From an uncultured virus (IMG/VR IMGVR_UViG_3300044731_002410) (lineage: Duplodnaviria; Heunggongvirae; Uroviricota; Caudoviricetes), in the IMG/VR virus record IMGVR_UViG_3300044731_002410: DNA of 64,000 nt; one strand, 5' to 3'. The notes under the pieces were generated by a model. It searched no databases and was not told the origin of the DNA. It saw only the letters and a list, made by a program, of their open reading frames with translations. The translations under genes and the position numbers were made by a program. The number at the start of each line of letters is the position of its first letter. The stretch's first letter is position 1. Shown piece after piece: positions 57,312 to 64,000 of this stretch.

Positions 57312-57698
57312 ATGGAGCGTAGCTTTAAAGTCAAGACCTTCGAGCGTTGGATGCGCAAGGCAGGCCTTACCGATGCCATGCTTAGAGTTGCCGTTGAGGA
57401 GATGTCTAGAGGGCTTATTGACGCAAGCCTTGGTGGTCATCTTGTGAAAAAGCGTGTCGCAAGAACCGGTTATGGCAAACGCGGCGGTTACCGGACCATC
57501 GTGGCAAAGAAGGCAGGTCAACACTGGTTTTTTCTATTTGGATTTCAGAAAAACGATCGCTCTAATATCGATCAATTAGAGCTTAGAGTGTTGCAAGAGA
57601 TCGGCGAGACATTCCTTGCCTTTACAGACGCTGAGCTTAAGCATGCACTACAACGTGGTGAGCTACTGGAGATCATTAATGACAACCAAAAAGACTAA
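57312..57698 (+). CDS. RelE/ParE (HigB-2-like) toxin
   Basis: F.RW.RK..L.D, GLIDASLGG.LVKKRVA..G.GK.GGYRT, F.KN.R.NI. Confidence 0.88.
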   Translation: MERSFKVKTFERWMRKAGLTDAMLRVAVEEMSRGLIDASLGGHLVKKRVARTGYGKRGGYRTIVAKKAGQHWFFLFGFQKNDRSNIDQLELRVLQEIGETFLAFTDAELKHALQRGELLEIINDNQKD

Positions 57699-57999
57699 GA
57701 GCAGGATCTTGCAAGAGATGCACGAAACTGCAACGGGACTTGCGCAATCAGGCCTCATCACTAAGCGCCGTCTAGCTGAACTCGAAGCGCTTTGTCAGAT
57801 CGATGTAGGCGAGATGTCAGCACAACAAATCAAGTCACTTCGTGAATCCGTTCAGGTAAGCCAGGCGGTACTTGCGGCGATTTTGAATACGAGCGTATCG
57901 ACGGTTCAAAAGTGGGAAATTGGGGATAAACGCCCAAGTGGTCCTTCACTTAAGCTCTTACACCTCATCGAACGCAAAGGCATTGAAGCTGTTTTGTAG
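57679..57999 (+). CDS. HTH antitoxin (HigA-2-like)
   Basis: IK.LRE...VSQAV.A..LNTS.STVQKWE.G.KRPSG.SLKLL. Confidence 0.88.
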   Translation: MTTKKTKSRILQEMHETATGLAQSGLITKRRLAELEALCQIDVGEMSAQQIKSLRESVQVSQAVLAAILNTSVSTVQKWEIGDKRPSGPSLKLLHLIERKGIEAVL

Positions 58000-58001
58000 C
58001 G

Positions 58002-58898
58002 TTAATGCTCAAGCGCTAATTGCTGCGTAAAACCATCTGCTAGCCTGTATGCTCCACAGCACTCACGTTGTGCTGCGCTGCTCAGTGGCTCGTCATGGGC
58101 AAGACAGTGCCAGCCGCCATCGATGGGTTTAACATGTTCACAGCTTCGGCAAGAACGCTCTGGCGCTTGATGGCCGTGACAAATCTCGCGGTGATCACAC
58201 CACTTACACTGATACCAGCTTGGGTCGTTGCTTAAGCGCTCAGGGGGGCTCGGTGCAAAGATCACACGCTTTGCCTTATCAAGAAGGCCCTTTGCAATGG
58301 CAGCGTCGTATCGAACACGTTCGATATAAATATCATCTGTGTCTTTGTTAACGCCCACGTAGAGCGCATCTTGAAGTGCCATCAAATGCATGTAAATTTG
58401 CATTTGTGCAAAGTGCATGGGTTTTGAGATACGCACACCCTTGGCAAGAAGCTCACGAAAGCTTGATGCGCTATGGGTTTTAAATTCCAGCACATGCCAG
58501 TGCTCGGGATCTTCAATAAGGCCTAGGCCCAGCGCATCAAGCGACCCACCAAAGTGCCCCCCAATCGCACTGACCCGGTACTGCCTGCCAGTTTCTGGAT
58601 CAACATCCAACACGGTTGCGCCCGTAGCACGCAAATTTTGAACAAGGCGCGCCTCTTCTCGCATCCCCGTCTCAAATAAGCGAAGCACCCTACCCTGATG
58701 GAGCGTTCGCTTTGCCCAGCGAAAGTCATACCAAAGCGCACGTTCACAATCTTTGCCAATGATCGATGCACCAAGATGCGCTCGAAAACCATGATCGGCT
58801 TGCCGCTCATAGGCTTGAAAGATCGCCTCACGCGTTGATGCTGGTGACTTTACCCAGTGGATGGGCTTTTCTTGAATGGATGTATCGCTTGCTTCCAT
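58002..58898 (-). CDS. Phage PD-(D/E)XK exonuclease (Cas4-like)
   Basis: HLGAS.IG..C.R.LWY.FRW, GSLD, LEFKT, QMQ.YM, CKWC...C. Confidence 0.85.
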   Translation of the reverse strand: MEASDTSIQEKPIHWVKSPASTREAIFQAYERQADHGFRAHLGASIIGKDCERALWYDFRWAKRTLHQGRVLRLFETGMREEARLVQNLRATGATVLDVDPETGRQYRVSAIGGHFGGSLDALGLGLIEDPEHWHVLEFKTHSASSFRELLAKGVRISKPMHFAQMQIYMHLMALQDALYVGVNKDTDDIYIERVRYDAAIAKGLLDKAKRVIFAPSPPERLSNDPSWYQCKWCDHREICHGHQAPERSCRSCEHVKPIDGGWHCLAHDEPLSSAAQRECCGAYRLADGFTQQLALEH

Positions 58899-59282
58899 TT
58901 AGATGAGCTCCTTTTGACGCTGATCAGCCTTTTCATCAACGGCTTGCATCACATCGCGCCAAACCTCATCACCCACCTCACGCCTTAATGCTGAAAAAAG
59001 TGCCTTAAGGTATGAGGGGTGAGGCTCAAGTGATCGAAGCCTGGCAAGCTCAAGGCTTACCTCGGTCACTTCGCGCTGTTTAGCGCGAAGTGCCGTTTTG
59101 GCTCGATGAAAGCGGTCAGGATCTACACCAAGTCGTAGCGACTGCCTTCGTATATCGTTTGTAGCTAAGCGCAGTTTGATCGAAGCAATCTCATCGCGCA
59201 GCACAGCAAGGCGCTTGCGACAGGCCTCGGTCGTCTTTGGAAGTGCGCGGCTTTGGGGTCCCGTTAAGCTGTAATTTTCCAT
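58899..59282 (-). CDS. Phage hypothetical coiled-coil protein
   Basis: FHRAKTALR; located in the early operon. Confidence 0.55.
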   Translation of the reverse strand: MENYSLTGPQSRALPKTTEACRKRLAVLRDEIASIKLRLATNDIRRQSLRLGVDPDRFHRAKTALRAKQREVTEVSLELARLRSLEPHPSYLKALFSALRREVGDEVWRDVMQAVDEKADQRQKELI

Positions 59283-59836
59283 GGCATTGGATTGGCAGAT
59301 TGGGGTTGATGGGCTTGAGCAGATGCGGCTTGAGAAGCTGAGGCCTGAGCGCCAGCTACCGAGACCTCTTGAGCCACGCTTGCATGTGAAGCACTCAGTG
59401 GTGCTACCACTTGTTGGACCATCAGTGATCGGGGCACGACTGGCGCGGATCTTGCGAAATAGCGAAGCGTGTTGGTCTCGCCAAAGCCCGCTTGGGATTT
59501 AATCCCAACATCCAAAATAAAGGGGATGTTGTGCAGCTCACTGGTTTCACCAACACCAGCTCTACCCGTTGCTCGGCAAATCGAAGCAAGTGAGCGGTTT
59601 GCCATCTCAACGGCTTGAGGGCTGCGGTTAACAATATTGAGCCGATCAAAGATCTTGCGGCCTTGTTGTGGGCCATCAAGTACGAGCATCTCAAAAAGAA
59701 TGTATTGACCCGAGCCTTCTTTGGTGGGCAATAAATCGCTGCTTACGATCTGTACGTTATAGCGCCCAGCGGGCACAAGCGATGTCGATGCACCAGGTGC
59801 AGTGGCTGGATCAAAGTACTGGGGTAACAGTGCCAT
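59264..59836 (-). CDS. DUF669 ssDNA-binding protein
   Basis: PAG.Y...I..S....TK.G.G, GRKIFDRLN..N....AVE.A...L..IC.A.G; MPW end. Confidence 0.8.
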   Translation of the reverse strand: MALLPQYFDPATAPGASTSLVPAGRYNVQIVSSDLLPTKEGSGQYILFEMLVLDGPQQGRKIFDRLNIVNRSPQAVEMANRSLASICRATGRAGVGETSELHNIPFILDVGIKSQAGFGETNTLRYFARSAPVVPRSLMVQQVVAPLSASHASVAQEVSVAGAQASASQAASAQAHQPQSANPMPWKITA

Positions 59837-59876
59837 GGTGAGTGTCCTTTACAAGTGTTTTAGAAATGAGTATGGG

Positions 59877-60782
59877 TTAAGCCATTGCAGCTGCGCGTGG
59901 TGCGACAGCTTTTGGGATAGGCATTGATTTAGGCGCAGCAGTTGCACTTGCGGCCTGAGCACTCTGAGTTCTTGAACCGATACTTCCAAGCTCAATGGGT
60001 TGGCTATCAAGCTCGCTCTCATCGGCAAGCATTGCGCGTAAGCTTTGAGGCATGGCTTGCGCAAACGCATGCCAGGCAAGCGGGAGCTCAGCAGGCAAGT
60101 TATAGCGGTTCTTCGCTAAGTAAGCAGGCCTTTCACTGGTATGCATGCGCCGCTCGCCCGTGCCGACTGCACGCGTTGCCTTTTTATTAAAGCCCGCATC
60201 GGCTTTGGTGGTTGTGATGTGATAGTTAGCAAATAGCACGACATCCGAGTGCTCTTGCAAAAGCGCTGCAGCCCTTGCATGAAGCTTCACTTGATAGCGA
60301 TCGTAGGGATCGTGCTCGGGGCTTTCGAACCGCTTAATGTCGGTGTGACCAATCTGTACGATCGTCATGCCTAAATCATTGCGAAGTGCATTAATGCCTT
60401 CGACATACTCACGCCAAAGATTTAAGGCAACCACATAGCCTTTGCCGTAGCCTGGGTCTTCAATCGTATTCCAACCATTATCACGACAGGCTTTCGACCA
60501 AATCAGTGGCTCAAGCCAATCCACCGAATCAATCACAAGCGTGCGAAAGTCATGAGGCTGTGAGTAAAGCGTGGCAAGCGCATCCATCACTTGCTCAAAG
60601 GTCTTAGCAAGCGGAAAGTGCGAAAACTGAAGCGTTCCCATGCCGTCCTCGGTGATGATGAACACGGGCTTGAGTGACTCTGCAGCAAAGGTCGTCTTTC
60701 CCACACCGGCCACGCCATGAATCAAAATGCGCGGTGCTTTGGGCGATTCGTTATGGATGATGTTTGCAATCGATAAGGCCAT
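59877..60782 (-). CDS. AAA_24 / Sak4-like ATPase recombinase
   Basis: HGVAGVGKTTFA, VIDSVDWLE, GYGKGY, AKNRY. Confidence 0.85.
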   Translation of the reverse strand: MALSIANIIHNESPKAPRILIHGVAGVGKTTFAAESLKPVFIITEDGMGTLQFSHFPLAKTFEQVMDALATLYSQPHDFRTLVIDSVDWLEPLIWSKACRDNGWNTIEDPGYGKGYVVALNLWREYVEGINALRNDLGMTIVQIGHTDIKRFESPEHDPYDRYQVKLHARAAALLQEHSDVVLFANYHITTTKADAGFNKKATRAVGTGERRMHTSERPAYLAKNRYNLPAELPLAWHAFAQAMPQSLRAMLADESELDSQPIELGSIGSRTQSAQAASATAAPKSMPIPKAVAPRAAAMA

Positions 60783-60789
60783 GATCGGT

Positions 60790-61371
60790 TTACTCCTCAA
60801 TGTGATGGGTTAGCGTGTGGTGGTCATTACTTGCAAGCGATTGGGTTGCCCCAATGGGTTCAATCTCGTAGGTGGGCTTTGCCGCTTTCACCGTGCGTGC
60901 AGGCTCAAAGAGCTTTTTGATCGCAGGTGGCCAGGCCTGATAGCGGTGCTCTGGAATTTGATACGCCACATCAACAAAGTGCGTTGGGTCCTCGCCTTGA
61001 GCAAGCAGTTGCGCCACCGCATCTTTAAGTTTGGCCTGGTCATAGCTTGGCCGCTTGGCGAGCGTTGCAATCACGACATGATCGCCTTCAGTAAGACGCA
61101 CCGTACCGGTGGTTTTTCCTGCGGCGATCCGCAATGCTTGTGCACGCAGCGCAAAGCGCTGATCCATGGCGCGATGAAGGATCCCTTCGTAGTGAGTAAT
61201 AGAGCGCTTAATATGTGCGATGCGGTCACAAAGCGTTGCAAGATTTGCCATTGAAAGCGCACTCAGATCGGCTTGGGTTAAATCACCGATCCAATCAAGT
61301 AACTCACCTGGCATGGTGTGCATGACCGCGCCTGGTGTAGCTTCAGAAACTACGGGTTTTGTATCGAACAT
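60790..61371 (-). CDS. Conserved phage early protein
   Basis: GK.TGTVR...DQAKL...YQAWP..I...FEPARTV. Confidence 0.65.
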   Translation of the reverse strand: MFDTKPVVSEATPGAVMHTMPGELLDWIGDLTQADLSALSMANLATLCDRIAHIKRSITHYEGILHRAMDQRFALRAQALRIAAGKTTGTVRLTEGDHVVIATLAKRPSYDQAKLKDAVAQLLAQGEDPTHFVDVAYQIPEHRYQAWPPAIKKLFEPARTVKAAKPTYEIEPIGATQSLASNDHHTLTHHIEE

Positions 61372-61390
61372 GGTGCAGGTCTCCCGGGAT

Positions 61391-61783
61391 TCAGTGGATC
61401 GATTCCAAGGGGGTACGAGGTTCCGCTTCTCGTACCCGAATCAACAAGCCAGGAGCTTTCACGGACTGGACTGATCGAACTGCGATGTACTGATAGCGAT
61501 TTATCGCATGCCGGTGGCTCAAGAGGTGAGCCAGTCCCAACTCCATGGCGATCCAGGCACGCTTGGCCACAGCATCCAGTGCTTGGCGTTGCGCTTTTGG
61601 CAACATTGAAAAGCTCTCTGAGCGGTCCACGAGCAGATGACCCTCGTGGTATTGGATCTGATCGCCAATGCAGGCCTCAGCAATCCAATCGCAAAAGGCA
61701 GCTTCAGTAAGCGGCTTAGGTGGGACCCAAATAGGGCCAAGAGGCATTGAGCGCATCAGTGCGCCTTCAACGAGAGCATTCAC
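61391..61783 (-). CDS. Conserved phage hypothetical protein
   Basis: FCDWI..A..GD...YH.G.L..DR. Confidence 0.65.
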   Translation of the reverse strand: MNALVEGALMRSMPLGPIWVPPKPLTEAAFCDWIAEACIGDQIQYHEGHLLVDRSESFSMLPKAQRQALDAVAKRAWIAMELGLAHLLSHRHAINRYQYIAVRSVQSVKAPGLLIRVREAEPRTPLESIH

Positions 61784-61846
61784 TTTTTGGTTTCTCCTAC
61801 AACATGGGGCTTTGATGACATATAGGGGTTTTGCGTTGGAAATGAC

Positions 61847-62434
61847 TCAGGAGACTCGAATGCCAAACATGCGCATGTGCATCTTCAATGCGTCAAAGCG
61901 TCGAGTGAAACTTACGCGGTGAAGACCCAAGGCGTCCTTTGCTGCACTTTTGCTTTGGTGTGTGAGAAGGTGCGCTGCAAGCTCGGAAAGCTCCGCAGGC
62001 AGTGATTGGCTTGCGCGCTCCCAGTCAAGACCAAGCGCAGTCAGGGCCTCATCGTCTTCCTGGTATGGGCACTGCGTGCCACCAAGCATTGCGCCATCAT
62101 TGTTGGCTGCGACCCGATGATCAAAGGGAAGAAAGTGCATCTCATGCCGTCTGATCCCTTTGAGAAGCTCCCCAATGCTTTGACGGCAAATAATCTCCGC
62201 AAAGGTACGCGCCGATGCACGTGAGCAATCAAACTTGTGCTCTTGCACAAGCACTAAAACCACCATGTCTTGTTCTAAATCTTCGCAATCGGCAATACTG
62301 AGCGCATATTGCTTGCGAGCCATTAAGGCATGAAAGCGCGCCGTTGCTTTGGCAGCTAGCGCATACTGAGGATCAGGTCTCACTTGGTCTGCGCACTTGG
62401 CAGTTTGCGTTGTGGGGGTCTGAGGGGTTGTCAT
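61847..62434 (-). CDS. Sigma-70/ECF-like phage regulator
   Basis: D.EDL.QD.......KFD.SR....TF; C-terminal HTH. Confidence 0.65.
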   Translation of the reverse strand: MTTPQTPTTQTAKCADQVRPDPQYALAAKATARFHALMARKQYALSIADCEDLEQDMVVLVLVQEHKFDCSRASARTFAEIICRQSIGELLKGIRRHEMHFLPFDHRVAANNDGAMLGGTQCPYQEDDEALTALGLDWERASQSLPAELSELAAHLLTHQSKSAAKDALGLHRVSFTRRFDALKMHMRMFGIRVS

Positions 62435-62553
62435 GGGCTTAAAGGGCATTTGTGAAAGATCAACAAAATTAGGTAAATACTTAATCTTTATGGGCTTAAA
62501 AAGGCACCCGCAGGTGCCGTTATCTGAACTACAATTTTCTTTTGCTCTAAAAT

Positions 62554-63348
62554 CTAAATCGCCTTCGCGCTGCTTTCCCATAAGCCATAGCGGGCAAACC
62601 TCGTACGGATAAAGCTTGGGCTCACACCAAAGATGAGCGATAAGTGACCGATCAAATCAAAGAAGTGCCCTTCAACGTCATGGCGCTCACAAACGATGTT
62701 TGGCTCACCGGCACCAGGGCCCTCAAGTAACATGTCTTCAAAGTCCAATCGAAAGCCGTGCTTAGGGGCAAGCTCTTCGATCATGTGCATTAAAAGATTG
62801 CGTGGGACTAGCAAGCACCCCATGAATTGGTTGGCTCGCCACTCGGATCGCAACTCTGCATCGCTAAGCCCACTTAAGGACTTGGTGCACTCGCCCTCTG
62901 TAACGCGATAAGCCATAACAGGCTCGGCGCAACCCAAGGCTCGCTGCGCCTGGCGCGAGCCGATCAGCACTGGCCCATCAAAGACAGCGTGACCGAGCTC
63001 ATGGGCAAAAGTTGAAAGCACGGTCTCTGGGGTGAAGGTTTCGTCAACGGGCGACACGCGCACATTGACTGCGTCTTCTTCAATCTCAGGGATGAACTCA
63101 AAGATCCCAGATACCTTCTCGCCTTGCGAATCAAAAAGCGTTCGGGACAGATCACTCCAAATCTCATAGCTAACACCATTGACGCAAAGCGCTTCGACGC
63201 GCGAAAGATCACGCACACTGAGTGCCACCCTGCCCTCTAAGCCCAGTTCAACGCGAAAGGCGTTGGCCACTTGCTCGATATCGCGATTGGTCGTGCGTGC
63301 AAACGGTGCAAGGTCTTGGTGCCGGTAGCTGATCGTTGCGGTAGTCAT
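62554..63348 (-). CDS. ImmA/IrrE family metallopeptidase
   Basis: STFAHELGH, EWRANQFMGCLLVP, FGVS..FI..R. Confidence 0.88.
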   Translation of the reverse strand: MTTATISYRHQDLAPFARTTNRDIEQVANAFRVELGLEGRVALSVRDLSRVEALCVNGVSYEIWSDLSRTLFDSQGEKVSGIFEFIPEIEEDAVNVRVSPVDETFTPETVLSTFAHELGHAVFDGPVLIGSRQAQRALGCAEPVMAYRVTEGECTKSLSGLSDAELRSEWRANQFMGCLLVPRNLLMHMIEELAPKHGFRLDFEDMLLEGPGAGEPNIVCERHDVEGHFFDLIGHLSLIFGVSPSFIRTRFARYGLWESSAKAI

Positions 63349-63393
63349 GATGCTTTTGCGTCTACAGTAGGTTTACGTCTTTAGGTTTAAATC

Positions 63394-63741
63394 TCAGGCC
63401 TTATCTTTTCGGTGCTGCCGTCGGTAGTAGCGAATGACGGTTTCAAGTGTCTTGGGGTCAGCCATATCAGGTGGCAAACGGTTGGCTCTTATGAAGTAGT
63501 CATCGGCGTTCTCACCGAGCACTTGCGCAGCACGCTCAATCAGCTCACTCACCGGTGGCTTTTCTTTGTTCGTTTCGACGCACGACCAGTAAGCCGGGCT
63601 GACATCGATGCGTTTGGCGAAATCCTTCAAGCTGATCTGCGCAGCAAGCCGCTTGGTACGCACGAAATCGCCAAAGCTGCCCTCATCTGCAAGCACTGCT
63701 TCGGTCAGCAATAATTTGGCGTTTGGTGAACGGTTAACCAT
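63394..63741 (-). CDS. XRE-family HTH repressor
   Basis: FG.FVR.KR....ISL..FA..I.VSPAYWS.VE.....PP. Confidence 0.85.
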   Translation of the reverse strand: MVNRSPNAKLLLTEAVLADEGSFGDFVRTKRLAAQISLKDFAKRIDVSPAYWSCVETNKEKPPVSELIERAAQVLGENADDYFIRANRLPPDMADPKTLETVIRYYRRQHRKDKA

Positions 63742-63813
63742 ACTGAGCCTCGTTCGGGCTAAAGGTTTACAAACAAGGCAAATGGGATAGAAAAACAGCG
63801 GAAAGATTCGTTA

Positions 63814-63829
63814 CTGGTGATTTATACAG
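63814..63829. promoter_or_regulatory. LexA (SOS) box
   Basis: CTGGTGATTTATACAG with TA flanks, between divergent genes. Confidence 0.75.
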
Positions 63830-63937
63830 TACTTCGTAAAACTCCGCAAGTTAGCTCTTACCGTTTGAGTAGCCTGAGTCAAATGGCAATCAAAACCCCT
63901 ATATGTGCTCTATCGGAACACTTTGTAGGGGCGCTAC

Positions 63938-64000
63938 ATGACCACAAACAACACCACATTCCTTGATCTCGATGAGCTACGTTGGCTAACAGGCTGGGCT
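63938..64000 (+). CDS. DUF4224-like protein, partial
   Basis: MTTNNTTFLDLDELRWLTGW; this family usually precedes phage integrases. Confidence 0.6.
   Translation, partial: MTTNNTTFLDLDELRWLTGWA

Larger units (their letters stand above)
12415..64000 (-). mobile_element. Podovirus-like prophage (core shown; may start at the att at 1781 and continues beyond the right edge)
   Basis: Collinear repressor, recombination, primase, terminase, portal, lysis, capsid, tail and ejection genes; no tape measure or sheath gene seen. Confidence 0.93.

Noticed and set aside
54912..57390. Further copies of the 12-bp motif (ggcatgcttgg near 54915, tgccatgctta near 57374)
   Set aside because: Mismatched and inside coding sequence; compatible with chance
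58002..58898. CRISPR-Cas locus (Cas4-like protein)
   Set aside because: No repeat-spacer array or other cas genes; context is a phage recombination module
12415..64000. Genome-wide amber (TAG) recoding
   Set aside because: Many genes end at TAG with expected lengths; only one in-frame TAG junction is suggestive

Overview
Mobile-element-rich window, probably from a betaproteobacterial chromosome (inferred from the tRNA-Asn sequence, attC style and LexA boxes). 1-1780 is the end of an integrated element carrying mazEF, toxin remnants and an antitoxin. It ends at a 47-bp 3'-half tRNA-Asn att fragment (1781-1827) flanked by IHF- and arm-type-like sites. 2613-12359 is a defence block: RloA/RloB-like pair, complete type I R-M (hsdMSR), and an HNH plus Gly-rich protein. 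12415-64000 is a podovirus-like prophage, mostly on the minus strand: HTH repressor/ImmA, recombination and Prim-Pol replication genes, terminase, portal, lysis cassette, N4-gp56-type capsid, tail genes, ejection proteins and a 2508-aa polyvalent protein. It is interrupted by several cargo insertions. Most notable: (i) two 100-aa HPF/RaiA-like paralogs, each followed by the same structured-RNA-like element (identical 37-mer, covarying stem, pseudoknot and SD-switch potential); (ii) a flavin-dependent tryptophan-halogenase-like gene inside the tail module next to a ~29% Trp/Tyr tail-tip ORF; (iii) a decayed integron cassette array with attC sites between terminase and portal; (iv) a 12-bp motif (CCAAGCATGGCA) repeated upstream of late gene blocks. 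All family assignments come from motif recognition by eye; no searches were run.
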